Positions 36,974-53,200 of a DNA stretch of 64,000 nt are shown in pieces. The position numbers and the translations under genes are program-made. This stretch comes from Catajapyx aquilonaris. Its lineage: Eukaryota. The stretch lies in assembly GCA_000934665.2 (NCBI GenBank), contig KZ538769.1, positions 1-64,000 of the forward strand, given 5' to 3'. Position 1 is the stretch's first letter. The number at the start of each line of letters is the position of its first letter. The notes beneath the pieces were generated by a model that ran no database searches, had not been told where the DNA came from, and saw only the letters and a program-made list of their open reading frames with translations.

Positions 36974-39900
36974 TCCCAAGCACTGATTCTAAATAAAACC
37001 AATAATAACAATAATAAAACACTACTAAAAATCATTTACTGCATACATCCATATGCTTGATTGCCAGGTTGGAAAATGGAGAGGTAGCTCCCCAAGGTAA
37101 GCCTAAATGTTAGACTGTGCCCTATAGGCCCTGATACAGTCGCAATAATTTTGCATTTTGAGCTATTCCCTCGATTAAAATAATATTGAAACAACAAGAG
37201 GTACAACGGGCTACCTGACTCCAGCCCCTGTATAAACATGGTCTAATATAATTTTAATATACTATCGCCAGTGAATCGTTAATGTCAAACTGTAATAGCG
37301 TCTTACATCACGTCCTATATAGGTCACAGAATAAATTTTCCCAGCATGCAAGCCTTTCATCCCCTTATTCTTTTACTGGCCTCCGGTGGCCCGAAATTTT
37401 CTCAAATTGAAGGGTACACAATAATTTATGCATTATAGGAGCTTCTAAAAAGCTGCGCTAAGCTAATTTTCCGGTCTTTGCAATGATAGGAAACATTGAG
37501 TAATGATACTTTACGACTCATGGCCAATCTTTTAGAGAGGAGCCGAAATTTGCATAATGAAATCTTGGCGATCGAAAATGGCATACGTTAAGTCCGTAGT
37601 GAAGTAGCACATTACACCTGTTGCGTGGAGAGCACTCCAAATGAAAGAGTAGTATGCCAGTGTAAGACGGGCAATGCATCAAACTATAGCAGGCATGGTG
37701 CATGATGGCTTGGACTCCGGTGCGTCATATCGCAACAAGTGCTCTTATCATTGCTGTGTAAACACGCAGCGGAGTTAATTTCGCCATTCCATTACGCAAA
37801 TTTAATATTGCAAGATTTAAATAAGAGCAGGGCTGCTTATGGCGGATTTAGTGTGCCGTAACTCTTATATATGCGCACTTAAAACGGGCGCTGCAACACA
37901 TTTGGCACTAATTGGAGATATACGCAATACAGTAAAAAGTCCATAGATATCGCCATAACAGTGCCCTTAATTAAGCAAAATTAATTGCGTCAACTTCCTT
38001 AGTGGATGTCCAACGTAGATGACAACACGAAACGGAAAGTAATCATTATTCTTTCCTTTGTGGAAATACAACAGCACATTCCCCTGTAAAAATCGGATAA
38101 TCAGCGACGATAAAAAGAATCATTAGTCGGAAATCGATACAACAAAATACATATAATAAAATGCAACTCCGTAAACGCCAAACAATAACATAAATAAACA
38201 TGTGAGCATATAGGCTATCTATTGGACCTGTAATACATATATAAAAAAAACAACTCCACCACCATCACGACATTTCCCTAAAATGTGTTAGTCAGCGATG
38301 AAGCGAGATGTTAACCCCATCACATAACATTATGAACTAAACTAAAACTGATAAAACACACATACAGTATAATACATATAATTTTGAAAATACCAATGAT
38401 AACATACTATAATAAATTGAATTGGATGTCATACACTCACGAATTCTGACTTGCAGGGCGGTTATTACACATTCTATCTCGTTTCGCACAATACACAGCT
38501 GGACATAACGTTGAAACAAACTCCAATTTACGCAATACAGACCGACCAGCCAGAGTCCCCTTTGAAAAATATTGCCAACATCATTGGTCCAATCTAAAGC
38601 GAACACGTATGCAAAGCACTCTCGGGCGCTGACAATTATGTGGAGCACAACACCGACCCAGTAAATATTGTATCAAATAAAGAGACAAAAAACGACGTGC
38701 ACCGACTGTTTTCAAACGGATTATCAGCTTGTGCACGTACAAAAATTATGCTGGTTGGTGCACAACAGCTCAGCAGATGAAGTTGGCGAGTACTGAATGC
38801 GGTTATTTATGTATTACAGATTAGATTAATAAATGGGTCTCATTCAAGGTTTGATTCCCTGCCTTTATGAACCAAAAAAGCTTGTTGCGGGTTTGAATTA
38901 TGCGATGCTATACGGAATAAAAAAGCGCCAATGTGTGTTGAACAATTAGCACTTCCCGTGAGTAAACATGATTTTAAACTTGCAGGCCAACAAATCTGCA
39001 CTGGACTTACCCCCACGTCGTTCATTACATCCCAATTAACCTACACAACGCTTAAAACGTCGAGTACATTAATACGCGTTAATTTTGCTGGCAAACTGCT
39101 CCGCTTCCTGGGGGCCATAGTTACACAGATTTAATTAGCTTACAGCTTAGACAGCGTGGGCAGAATTCCTCCCAAAAAATGATGCCATCAGCATCACTAG
39201 GTACCGGAAACATCTCGAACCCAAAAATCCACGTGGAAATTTCGAAATAATGATATTAAAATGTCGGTAATGAATGCAGAGTCCGGTATTGCACGGATGC
39301 AAATGTTTGCCGACCACTTCAAACGCATACTCTAAAATTCTTGTGTGCCTGGCGTCTCATCGCCCCTTGTATTTTGAGGTCTGACTCTCCCGGGACCAGA
39401 TAATTTGCCATTGCAGTCACCTTCAAAGTTTGGGGGAAAGGTGATTATAAAACTCTTCTAGCCTTTCTCTTATGCGAGGAAGCCGCCGGTGTACTTTATT
39501 CCATATTCTCTGTGCGGCCCTAATGAAAGAATTGCCATTCCTCACCACGACTCTGAATTTTCATTTTCCACTCTGATCTCATTATCCTTCAGACTGACCT
39601 CCGCTAACAGCATGTGTGAGATCCTACACCTTCCACCGACCCTACATCCTAATCAGCCGATTACCAATTGAAATGCCCACACCAATTCCACGTGTGAATC
39701 ACACACATCAAACGGCGTTGCACAATAAAACCTATTAGTTATTTTCCCTGATAATTGAAAGCATTGTTACTGGGATTTCCCTTCAGTGGCATCGGGGATG
39801 ATTTCCGCCTGTTTTAGTCCGGATCAGCCGTAAATTGGCGGACAATTTGCGCCACTCTCGGTGACAATTACTTTCATAATCTGGCCATTAACCAGCCATC

Positions 39901-41021
39901 GCGTGGGATTCGCTGCAGGCAGGCAAATGATTACAAGAGAGGGAAAAGTATATGTTGCATCAAGTTTTACTGCTGGGCAGAGTATAGTACGTAGGATGGA
40001 GGTACAGTATAACATCCTCTTCCGATTTCTCAAACTTAATTAATTAGTTCAAGGCTTGCTTGAGGGAGACCAAGTTGCACAAAATTGAATGCAGAACAAT
40101 TTTGGTCCAGTGCCGCGGAAAATTGGCGGGAAGTAATTTTCCTGATTACTTCTACCGGGTCCATAGCCTCCAAAGTTAGCCGGTCAAAAAACACGTTACC
40201 CCCCAAAATTGGTTCCTATAAAGTTGTTAGCAGTGTCGTAAACAACCAATTGAAAAACAATCAGCAGGTGGGCGGTTACGTAGTGAAGCATCCTCTTCAT
40301 ACACTCAGTGTGTACGCGATGTGTATGCATTGCATGTGAATCCCCGCAGGTGAGCTTATCTGGAGATTAATTAAAACGATAGGATTTGTAAATTCATTTT
40401 CAGCACATCAGACACGGCAATGTAGGTCATTACTGACTCAACCTGGGAAACATTAGTCTAGCTTACTGTCAGTTCATATAAACACGCTGCACGCAGAGGA
40501 GTATAAATTTAACTAGTACCTTTTTAACTCGGGACTCCAATGTCTTTTTTTTTCAAGATATAAGATAAGCTATGATGCTTCAAGGGCTCATTTCGATATG
40601 GAAGCTTTGACGTGCGCGTAACTGCTGTAATCTAATATGCAAATATTTCTAAACCTGGCCAAGCTCTATACGTTTGCAGCAGCAAATCGTAAATAACACA
40701 CTCTCACTGATATGCGCGTACATTCTAGGCATCAAAGCAGCTCTTCCCTATACTCTCTAGAGCCAGAGCAGTAACAGGTAGCCTATACAGTATACTCTGT
40801 AAGGTCTAGTTCCTGTGCAGAAATTGAAATCTACAGCCTCTGCGGCTCTTTTAAATGTTCCCCATACCAGAATGCATACCAAGGGAAACTCGTAAGCTTC
40901 AACAGTCAGCATAGGAAAAAAATAACCATGGGTTCTTATGCGGCTTTAGAGACGATTCTATAATTAAAGCGAATGGGCTAAACCCAAAACATCGCTTACT
41001 ACAGTATATAGGTCGGTCCTT

Positions 41022-41220
41022 GGGCGGCACTGTGGTGTAGTGGTTAAGCTTCAAGCCAAAAGCCACACCAACTGAGGTCTCGCCTTCGATCGTCGGATGG
41101 GCCGCAAGATTCTCTCATTTGGAAATAATATTTGGGAACCCTGATTCCATCGGTGTTCGTGTAGGTTATCTCCGAGTTATACATTTCCCTCCACTCTCGT
41201 CATATAAATCATCGTCATTC
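41022..41220 (+). mobile_element. Third, more decayed copy of the SINE family
   Basis: GGGCGGCACTGTGGTGTAGTGGTTA head, degenerate B box (CCTTCGATCGTCGG), degenerate core CGGTGTTCGTGTAGGTTATCTCCGAGTT..TTTCCCTCCAC. Confidence 0.65.
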
Positions 41221-44200
41221 ACCAAATTTCGAGTAAAAACAAGCTAGATGACTACCTCCCACCATGCTCATTGCCAATCAAGAATTCTCAGAAAAATAAT
41301 AGGACGAGTCGATGAGAGAAAAAAATGGAAAGAACAAAAAAATGGAGGCCCAGTGCAATTTCTCCACACTTCTGGTCCAAGGAGCCTGACTGTGAAAGGT
41401 TTGCTCTCAATCCAGGTCCCCCGAAAGAACTTGCTGAGCTTCCCCGGGCCCTCGCCAGCTTCATTTCCTATCACCCGTGCAAGTGGATCGCACAGGATGA
41501 ATTGTTAAATCGAATCGCGCACAAGTACTCGCCCGAATAATAGCACAAAAAAAATTAACCTCTCCTCCCCTGGTTCGAGATGAATCAAAACCGCCGTCCT
41601 TGGGAGAGTTTCCAGAAATCCCAGGGTTTCGAACCGCCGCTTTGCTGCTGCACCGACACGGGTATATAACCACGGTTCCAGGCGCCGGGTCCGCCCGAAA
41701 TCCGCGTAAACTAATCCCAATTTATAACACGCTCGGTGCTGCGATTACGCATGGCTGAACCCTTTCTTTAATAAGCCACTGGGTTATGTCACACCAATGC
41801 TAGTTCACAAAAATATGGACAAGAGTTATCAAACTGTACTCGCGACTTAATTAAGGCGGCTGGTGTGATAATTCCCACCTAATTATGCTCTTAAAAACGG
41901 GCCTCAACGACATTAAACGGCGCGCTAACTTTTTTTTAAAGCGCATTTTCAAGATTGAACAACCGGAAGCGCAAAATCAATAGGGAACTTAGCGCCTCTC
42001 TATATACATAAAGTAACCAACGGTGTATCAATTAATTATTTGTGAGGTTCCAAAAAGCGTGCCATATTTCAACCAATGCGATTAGTGAATTAAGTCAATA
42101 ATCCGGTTAGCCAGTGCACACACCTAATAAAAAGTGGCGCATGTGTGATCTCATCACTTCAAGCGCGAAGGTGAACTATTTACAGACTCAAATGGCATAA
42201 TAGGCGTCTCTGCAGCTGTTGAAAGTACGCCTAATTACTTCCAAGTGAAGCTGCCTGGAAGCATCAAAAAGAAGCTTATAGAGGGACGGGAAGAAGAAAA
42301 CATGTAGGTGAAGGTTACAAACTTGAGTCTTAAAATCTCAAAAATGTAAAACGCGATTTATAGCAGTTACATCTGCAGACGTGTCTCATTCCGACGACTT
42401 TATTAAAAGGGAGTCCGCTTTGGACCGGTTACACGTCCAGGGCTGCTTCTACATTGAAGTCGGCGACGCAAAGGTCAGGAAATTTCCTCCTAAGGCTTTG
42501 AAGAGAACTGCATCAAGCACATCGATGCTAATTAATTCCTAGGAAATTGCAAAGTTTTATGCGGAATGAGAACCGGATAATTAATCTGCGGTAGAAATGT
42601 TATCCGTTGACTGCACGGTTTAAGACGGAAAACTTGACGAATGGCGACAGGAATATTATTCGCCAACATTTCCTCGTTCGGCATGAGTACCGCAAATTAA
42701 CAGGGTATGAAGAGCGCGTGCGTCTTTTTGACATTCCGACGGGCCAACATCAGATTACAATATAACAGGGAGGCATTTCAAATTGTTTCCCATTTCGAAT
42801 GCGGCCCATCGGAATTCATCTGCTTGTTGGTCACATTCTATAGATCATTTGCATTGGAAATACAATCGCTTCGTTGACAAGCAGCAAAGTCAATGAGTTC
42901 ATTTGTTCCCGATTAGTCACGTGATTATCGCTCGGAACACTAATGCCATGTAGAGTATTGTCCAACAGCCTAGATCTAATTAGTAGGCATGATCTATTAA
43001 TGCGTGTTCCCCTTATTGTCGAGCCAGGCAAAAATAATTGAGTCGGAACTCTGCTGCACGTGTGATGCAACAGTTGCGTGGGTACTGCCAATAACGCTGA
43101 TCCAACACCGTTACTGTGTGCCTCATAACGTATCCCACACAGCACGTTTGCCTAAAATGCCAATGAAGTAGCAAATTCATGCATGGCAACAGGAGAAGTC
43201 AATCTTCGCGAAATATCTTCCGCACGTAGGCCAACATAATTTTTAGCTCGGCCGCCATTTCATTACAGAGACGAAACTTGGATTTCAAACATGATTCGGC
43301 AGCCCTCAAAGCCTCAGTGCATATTTATATATCCATAGTGAAGTGGACCTCAAAGGAAAGCGGCTATTTCACATTGACACGCGCTGGCGCAGCACCATTC
43401 ATGCGTGCAGCGTAGTATATATGGCACAGAATAAAATTGCATTTTATTTATTTTTTGCCAGGGTCTGACAACACTTCAGGTATATAATACACGTGTTTTC
43501 CAAGAAGCTGGCAAATGCAGTTCGACGATGCAGGCAGAAGCTATATTTAAATTTTGGAGGTCAAACTCGCAGTTTCTTCATGGGCGAGGCTTCCCAGTTA
43601 TGCGCGTTATAAACGCCTCTTTTTATTTTCCCTCGGGGCTTCTACTCAGCCATCACGTCTACCAGAATTTCCACAATAATTGGTAAAGTGAAAAGCAAGA
43701 CTAGTCAATACCGCCTACAACCAAAGTACTCCAGGGTGCTTCCCACTCTCCCATATAATGAGGCCTCTTTTTATATACACGACGCAGGTGGAAAACTATG
43801 CACAGCATATTAACTGAACCTCAAAGGAACCAAGAAGTGGGTCAAATGCATTCTATATACGATGCAACGCCGCCTTAATATCACTTAAAAATGGTTCGAA
43901 CCAAGCAAAGCGTCTGACGCCCTTACTCAATCAACAACAATCAAGTGCATTAATAAAATAAACTCCGTTTTCAGCTTTCGACAAAATTATGGTGCAATCT
44001 CGGTAACATTAGTGCCATCGATTCCAAATGATGCCATGGCTTTCAATTTCATTGCCTCATTTCAACTCAAATTAAGATTATGGCATACTACGTAATAAAA
44101 ATTGCTATGTTCATAACAGGACATTTTTCTGAACTTGCTCTCATGCAACTACGCACTGATGAAAACTATAATGGCACATGCAATGTATCCAGACTATATA

Positions 44201-47200
44201 GTCCCATTTTTAGACCCATGTTAGGATGGTATTTCCAGGTCGATCCATTTTGTATACTGGCAAAAAATTTAAAAAAAATAACAAAATGGCAAAAGCATAA
44301 TTTACTGCAGAACTTGATCTCTCCCGAAACCGACCATTTCCTCGTCGTCTTCTCAACATTCCATGGGTTTCTCCCTCGCCTTTCAAATATGTTTCGCCAA
44401 CTTCTGCTTTTCCTTTCTCCGTTCCCTCAACTTGCGGACAACTGTTCGAGGATCATGAAAATAAATCCAGGTTTTCCGAGGGAGTGTTGACGCCGCAGTG
44501 CCTGCCGTTTCTTTTGAGCCAATTTAATTTGTTTACTGCTCGAGAAAACTTTCTCCATGTCTGGTCATAATTACATGCAAACTCCGCAAACTATACCATT
44601 TCTTGGCACTCATCAACTAGACTGCTTAAGTAAGACCTAATTATCCGGCAGAGGTGGGTCACTGGAGGTCGCAGCCTATACAATAATTTCAATAGAATAA
44701 AATAATGCGAGGGTGTGCCACGTGACGTGTAACATTTTAGGATTTCATCTATAGGTCTGAAATGTGCATATTTTTAACAGCAACAGCATGCCAAAGTTGT
44801 GTTCACACTGATTTTATGGAAGAGCCCAACAACCTTGAAATTTTTTATTGTCAAAGTGGAATGATGGTAGCACTTTGAGAAATTACACAACTGAAAAGTA
44901 GACCTGCAGTCTCCAGCAGCTTTTACAGACTTATAATTTATTATATTCATATCACGGAGGTCAGGCATCGTAACCGGCAATATTAAAAATTAGTGCAGGT
45001 CGCAGTATCCCATAAAACGCAATCTAGTAATAGGGTAATTAATAAATGTCAATTTTAAATACTCCTGCACTTATGAACCCCAGCATATTCTCCAAACGAC
45101 AATCTGTTACAGTTTCCGCCTTCAAAGCTTAGAAGCAAAAGGATGACAAAGAGAACTTGTAATTATCTCGTGACTTTACTTTCCCTTAAAACTTGCCACC
45201 CCAGTGAGTTCTAAAAGTCAATGAGAAATGCATGATATGCTTCACAAGGAGATTCAGATCCCAGAAGAGCTGATTCATTCCACATCCCGAATAACACAAT
45301 CTGCCAAATGACAGTCAGGCTTGAGCAACCTGAAGGTAATCGCGCAAAGTGCTTCCAGTCGAATTGCTTCCTTCTTTCCTCCCCAAGAAAATTCGAGCTA
45401 ATAGCTCAGTTATCCGCAAGGCAAATCGGAATCTCCTCCACGTAGACCTTTCTCAAATCCACACTATCCGGAGATAAGACTGTCCTCTTATATACAGTAC
45501 TTTGCTGAAAAGTTTCGCAGCAGGCTTTTTCTTAAGTATCTGCAGCAGAATATACCCACGAGACGTTTCAGTAATGCCTGACTTGTTTCATCCGTTTGAA
45601 GTACATGCATCACGAGTATGTACACCGGTCCTTAACAGCAGACAGCAAAGTTCATAGGATTAACTTGACACGCCACGCCGAGCCTGAAAGAAAAATCAGT
45701 TTCAAAGTAGATCAATCTAAGCCCATTTTCCCTTGATGCATGCCGCTTGCTATGCTGGTATCTGTAGACTTAGCAGTTAGGCCAGACAGCCACTCGTTAC
45801 GTAACTAGTGCAAAACGTGCCATATACGCTCAAATGGAAGTTCCCAAATATCATCAGCAACTAAACTGTAAACAGCCAGAAGATTTCTCAAACAACCTGA
45901 CTTAAACCATTGTCAACCTGTACGACTCACGTATATAGTGGGATAAGTTATTACTTTTCATGAGTCGAGGTCTCCACAAGTCCGACACTGCAGGGGCGAA
46001 ACGTACGAGCCCTCTCGGTTTTTGGCTGGTGGTTTGCCAAACCCGACCTAGAATATTGGCCGTCTCACCCGCCCGACCGACTCAAATTTTTCAGGATTTT
46101 TATGACTTAAAAAATGCTGCGCCACTGGATGTAAGCTTGATGTAAGTAAGTGGTGGAGCAGGTTTTCCTGGGAAGCATCCAAAGAACAGCATCGATAAGA
46201 ACCCCTCAATGACTTTACCGGTCCTGGTTCTCACAAAAGGCGCGAGGCAATCTCTGTATGTATGCGCAAACCTATGGGACACACAGGATGCAATATTATC
46301 AGCCCAGTAAAGGCGGTTTTGAGCAAAAGAGTGCAGATTCATATCTGGGAATTACCTCCTGCACTTTTCCCCAGGGGTAGTAAGAGCCGCTTGCGCAGAA
46401 TTTAGTGCGAAAGTAGGCGAATCGGAAGAAAAACAAGCTGTGGGATGGATACAAATGGATAAAACCTCTCTCTTTCTCTCTTTGGGACCGCCTGGGGAGA
46501 TGGGAGGGCATTAAAGTATGGTTGAGACCCGTTGCCAAAGGACCAGGAAGTGTGCACACAAGCTGCGGAAATCGATGATGCTCATCGACTTATACACAAA
46601 TGACAAATGAATCACTGCGGGTCTCACTAAGTGGTTACCTCTGACCTCGAGGGAAAGGCTGAACGATGGGTTTCCATCAAGATTTTCGTTCGATGTTGCA
46701 AATCAATCACTTTTGACGATGCCCATTGTTGGCTGTGCTTATAAAGTACGGAGAGAGAGGGGGAAATATTCAGAATGAATTTGCAAGTGATCCAGAACGC
46801 GTAGACCCTAAAGTTCTGTTTATGTGCGACGCAACTTTCCTGTAAATCTGCATCAGAACCATTAGATGCTGTATAATGTTATTAATAGCTGAGGCCATCA
46901 ATAACAAGATTCTGCAGATATTGGGTTTCTTTGGAGCTTTATTTTTACCAATGTCATGCACGACTCCAGAAATAGCTGCAAAGAGCTGTCGGGCGCTAAT
47001 ATTTTACTAACGTACAAAAGATGCCCCACAAGTTTGAAGATGGCTGTCCTCCCATTCTAAACTTCGGAAATCCCCGCTGCATTTTATATCGAAGACAGGA
47101 CGGAACCGCCCTTGTGTGACAAGACCTATATACCGTGCTCTACTCGGGCAACTCTTGGCACTTGCTACGAAGCCAGTGCCGCTAAAAAATACTCTTGAGT

Positions 47201-50200
47201 ATACCACACGAAGCCGTGGTTCCAACAAGGCTAAACAGATCCCACTAATGACTCATCGTCTGACAAGATTTAAAACCACACAATACGACTTGATTTTAAA
47301 TTTAACTAACCTAATTTCTCCTCTCATAAATAAAGCCCAATCAAACTAACGTAATAAGTTGGTCCGTCTTCCCTTGTGGATAGCTAGTCATCAAAGGGTC
47401 CGGAATCTGTTGCCAGCAGTATCAGGTACACCATCCGTCCAACTTGTAAGCTTCATATAGCCGCTGACACCTCCAAATTACACAGCTGGAATTCCCTCAA
47501 GCCGTTCTTCAGTTTCACTCCTGTGGAGCTCCCAAAGGAAGAGACCGGGAATTGATCATATTTCACTGCAGTCTCGATCGTCCTCGCAACAAAGCGCCCA
47601 TTCAGCAACAAAACCTTTCTGACTCCATAAGCTGCGAGCCCCCAAAAAAATCCCACGCATCAAGGACAGAAGCTGGATGGGTATTGTCGCAATTGGCGCA
47701 TTGAAATCTTCACGGGTTAGGAAATCCAATCCTGTCTGTCCCCCAAAATGGCGAGGATACTTAAAGACCCACTTTGAGGGGAAGCTATCACGAGCTATTC
47801 CTTGAAAGGCACAATGGGAACGGTTAATCTGAGCCGCAGACAATAAATAATGAGCTGCACGAGCAACCTTCCTGCGAATGGTCTGGAAGTAAGGTCCGAG
47901 CTCCGGTGGTGAGGAAAGAAGAAGAAGAAAAAAAGAGCCAAACTCTTGGATTTTTCGAAAAGAAAAGCCAAGGTGATTTATGGTTGAGACTGCCGTCCTC
48001 CTGTTTCACCTGATGGAGCCGGAAAATAATCGATGCGAAATGAGCGATTTCCTTCAGGAATTTTCCGGATGCAGTCTTTCCTTTTCATCCAGGAAAATAG
48101 TTAAGTTCCCCTTTAATAAGGAGGTTAGAAAAATTCCATAGCTAGGACTGTGCAAAATTAAATATGCGATGCACAAAAAAAAAACTGATAAGGAGAAAAG
48201 CACAACGTAAAACCTATAGTTTTTTTTTTTGCCTTCATCGCTGAGCGGTTCTTCATCATTCTTCCCCCTAAAGAGTGACTTGATCAAAGGAGTGCCAGCA
48301 AGTAAGATGGGTAAATCTGCGTAAGACACCTATTTTCATTGCTCTATGCGATTTTTGGTGCAAATGTTGCTTGATAATGTTCACTGGAAGTGTGTAAGCT
48401 GCAAAACCAGGGATGACAGCCTGAAAGGATTTGGTCAGAGTGCATTTTAAATTCTGTCCAGATTCAAATGGCCACCGAAAGTGCCAGTTAACTAAATTTA
48501 TGTTTTATTTTTATTTTTATGATGTAGGCTGATGATGCCCAAAATTTCGAGTGATGTATATCTTCACTAAAACTTACACTTATAACTTAGAGTTATCACA
48601 TTGCAATGCCCCATTTTGAAGGGTTACCACATGGTGCAAAAGGTATAATGCACAGTTCTCAATTCATTATATGTCACCTTTCTTTAAAAAAAAAAGAAAA
48701 AAAAAACACTCACTGTCAGTTGAGACACAAACCGGTTTCCACCGCTATCAAAACATGAGATTTCGCATACCTTTTTGGTCCATTGCATCAGAGAGAGTTT
48801 CCACAGACGCCTCCAAAGTGTCTTACGACAACACTAAAACACAAGAGCAATAAAATGTGCAGTAAAAAAACTATACAAAAATTGACACTAATGGACAATA
48901 ATGGCAATTCACTGTATTAAATTATAGCGTACAAGTATAATAACTATACAAAGATTTGACATCAACCATTCACAAGTTATTACGCAGGCAGACATTGCAA
49001 AGACCAATAAAGACAGTCCTACGAGGTTCGACTAATTTTGTAATAAAAATAATTTTGGGCTTTCATCAGACTTGTCTCGAAATGATATATTGATGCATAA
49101 TTGAAAGATTTGGTCCTACACAGAACGTGTAAATTTCTTACTGTCTGCATCAATTATAGGCCTACGCCACGTAAACAATTATTACTCGAACAACGACAAA
49201 AATGGCGCAAACCATTCATTTTTGTACAACAGTATATCCTCAATCACAATGCCCCGACGGAAGGGCCCGTTCAAAATATCCCATGACTGCTGCATGATGC
49301 ACCCCATAATTATTTGGCAAAATGCGTCTCGCCGAATTATATATCATGAAAAGGTCAGTAATACCGCACAACCATTCGGCAATAATCTGCATGCAAAACA
49401 AACATTTCTACTTGCAATAAAAGCAAAATTACGGTAGTGGGGAGGGGGGGGAAGGGGGTGACCACCGCCCCGCATTGGCCCAGGGGCGATATCCAGCTTT
49501 ATTGCCCTTCTGATCTGGCATGATCAGCTCGGACTTTCTCATCCTCCCGACTCCCAGTAAGTAGCGCCACTAATACATATGCATGAAACTACATCCCCAC
49601 GTATTGCAACACCCATAAATCACCGCAGAATGTAGGCCGCCTTTGGGCTCGATTTGTCAGTCCTAAGGAAGCCACCAAACGCGAGGTCATTATCCTGCCA
49701 TGTTGGTTGTATTCCTGACAGATGATATCACCAGGAAAATGTAGGCCAACAAATCTCCCGTCCTCTGAAGATGCTTTTTTTGCCCACACCAAACTCTGGC
49801 CCCGAAAACAAGTGGCATATCTAATTGCAGCTAACTCACCATGATGGGCCGCACTTTGAATTCCTTTCACGTTTCAAACTGCAAACCGGGCTTTTGGAGA
49901 GCTCCAGAAAACATGCATCTTCACCTTCATTTTGGTGCGACGGCTGCGATTTAGGATGCGCTCGAATCTAATTATTCCGCAGGATTAGAATGTTAGCAGC
50001 TCCATTTTCTCCGGGTCCAAATTATCACTCACATCCATGGATTTTCCCAGCCCCAAAATCCGCGTTATGAACCATTAGTACCAGCTAAAAATTTCACCAT
50101 CACCCTCCGGCTGCAAAATGGCCGGGAATGAAAATATTTTTGCTCTCCAGACATTTGGGATAATTATGGCCATGGGATATAAGATAACCGGACCATCCAT

Positions 50201-53200
50201 TTTTTTGTTTCTATAAAAAAAAATACCTGGAGGGTATCGCCTAGTGGAAATTCCTCTGAGCGAGACAATTCCATTAGCGTTGAGGCCCCTCCTCAATGAC
50301 CGTGGACCGTCAAATTGCCACCGATCGTGTTTTCAGCGCAGTTTCCCACCGAGATTGCGGATAAAGCGATGCTTACAATGCACGTCTTGCAAAACGTGAC
50401 AAAATCGCATCTGCCAAACGGAGGCTCGTTATTCACACCAGAGCATCACAATGTTCGCTGTCAGATTGAAGCCACCAGACCCCATGAATGCAACCTGAAA
50501 AGAACACTGAGTTTACCCGAGAAATAATCCCCTTTAAATGTGGCCGGTTGCTTCGCCTAAAATTGGTAATAAATATCCCGAGATTTTCTGTTAATTTGCT
50601 TTGAAGCAACCATCCTGTCAGATGCGGTCGCACAATAATGAAACACCCTGTACACACAAACGTGTAATTACATCGTTCATTCCAACCTACCCGAGTCCAT
50701 ATTAATCCGACTAATCTGCAGTTTCGCATTCATTCTTCTCCAGTCTCGCATTGTGCACGGTTTCTCGCCCCAAATTGCGAGGCATCTGACAGCAGCTTCA
50801 GGCTATTCTACTATTATAAGAGCAAGCAGCATCCAGGACTTAAGGAATTTCCTTGCCTGAAGCAGGAGAGAGTTGCTGCCTTTTAATATATATGGTCGTT
50901 GCGAATTGCTCCAAGAGATGCAATCAAACTTTCCCGGGTATATACCAATGTTGACTGTGTCGTAGAAAGCCGCCGAACCAAACTATATAGATTATGACTC
51001 ATCACTTCATCAAAAAGCACAATATGCGATGTTGCGAATATTTTTTTGCGAGGTTCTCACCCCCAAGAAATCGTATCTAAGACTTTCATGATGGTTTTCT
51101 GCGCTGGCAAAATTCGATGGGTGTTCAAAGACGTCGATATTGGGTTCCAAAGGCTTTATTAATCTTTCACGCTCGAAACTTGGGCCAGCAGTTTGCTGAT
51201 AGATGGTTGTTGACTGCATAATATTTGCGCTGAGCTCCAGAATAATAACTCTTTTGAACGCCCCGCTCAGAAGTGCTGCACACAGGTTCTTACAAACGGT
51301 TTGGGGGCACCCTATATAGAAATTCGCGATCGTTTTAAAGGCGTCAGTTGCCTTGAAGATTCCTCGCAAACTGGCACTGAGTCCTCGCAAAGAATCTCAT
51401 TTCGACAAAGGAAACTTATTCGGAAAAGGAGAGACGCGGGCTTCAAAGCAGAGCAGCGTGTCATGTCTTTTAAAGAAGACTCGCGCTACATTAAGTAAAA
51501 TTACTCCTCTCCGTGTTCATCAAAATACCATGGGGGGTCACAAAAAAAGGAGGTCATGCAGGAAAACTATAGTTCCTCTCACTATTACTGCTGCATCGTC
51601 ACAGAAGTATGCGAGCAACACGCACACAGCGAGCTACATCGATGAATAATTGAATATGTTACCTGCATGCATGTATTATAATTGAATCAAATGCTCAATT
51701 TGTCATCAGATGGTCTGTGTACGGTGATGCAACATGCTTGCAACACAAGTTCGTGCAAATTTTATTCATATTTAATTGGCACCATATTGCATGGTAAATT
51801 TCTTATGAGTTATGACCCACCAAGTGTCTGTAACGGCGGTCAGCTGCCAGCTTGTGCATCCACTCATATCCGACTCATTACTAATAATAATTTTCCGTAG
51901 CACAAGAGCGCAGTGAATTACGAACCGCAGACTCAATTAACCTGCGTCGTACAGTGGAGCAGTTCAATTTCACCTCAAGTGCTTCCATAAAGTGGTGATG
52001 GGTCGGCATAAACCTGGACGATTAATAAACTTGGAAAATGTTGACCCCGAATCGATACTTCGAAGTCCCCTCCGCACTTTCCTCTCGGCCATTTGTCACC
52101 CCCCTACACCATGCTGAGAGAAACATGCGAATGCTTTGATTGCTTTCCGAGGTAAATGTCAACAACAAATTGTTTGCCGACCTGTTGGGCCCTGCACTTT
52201 TCTATCACGGAGAAAAGTGCAGGGCATTGTCAGATTTAAAAGAGAGGAGGGTGCTCCAACTTGCTCCTAAATGATTTATTTTACTCTCGCCCCGAGCGAT
52301 TTTTTGTGTGTGTATGCCCTCACACAAAATCAGCGCCCGTGGGTCAAACATCGTCCATAATTGGCCGCTGAAACTGCTTGCATTCGGAAAAAAAATCGAT
52401 CCCAACAGCATCAGGCCCTGTCTACGTATAAGGACCAGGCTGCCATCGATTTAAAATAATGAAGGTACGAAAGGCAAAGCGGTGCTCAAAGTGTCAAAAC
52501 TTTTTATCTTGATTACAGGCCGCTAATTAAACTGCTATCTGCGAAGAAAAGATAACGCTCACACTCCATCAGCTCCCATTACTCTGAGTCCATGGTGACC
52601 TTCAATGTGCAATGAGGTAAGAGACATCAGGGGCACTTCTATTAAGGTATCCGAGGCTGAAGCACTTTGACGTGGCTCTCAAGTCTTTGCCACACGGGTC
52701 TTGATTGAAAATGGCTTTAAGGCGAATCTTCCAGATAAAACACGTGTACACACTTGAAACTTGATCAGCAATTAACAACCTCTCATTATCCCTTCCAACA
52801 ATCGCTTGATTAACGAGGGGTTTTTTGTATGCCACCTTGCCTTTCTGGGTCAAATGCTCATTCCAGAATGCGATTACTTAGCCCACCTCTGTTCCTCTTC
52901 ATCCGAATTGATACTCACAAGCAGGATAAATATTGATCGTGCGGGATTTTCTTCCTCACTTTGCCAGTAGCACTAATGCCTATAGCCAGAAGATAAACCT
53001 TCGGAAACTGTATTAGACCCGCATTAATTATTATGTATCGGGTTTGCTGGCGGGCACCCGAAATGATACGGGATAATGGGGCGCAAAATCCGGCACCCAA
53101 AATTCGCGAAATATTCTATTCATATCTGGGCTCAAGCCTCAACTGTGAGCCGACAGTGTATATCATAATCGACTTGCAGAATTACTATCGGTCCGGCTCA

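Noticed and set aside
45330..45400. Minus-strand peptide RIFLGRKE resembling COLGALT YxGRK
   Set aside because: The flanking residues do not match the conserved WDL...YSYWTL context.
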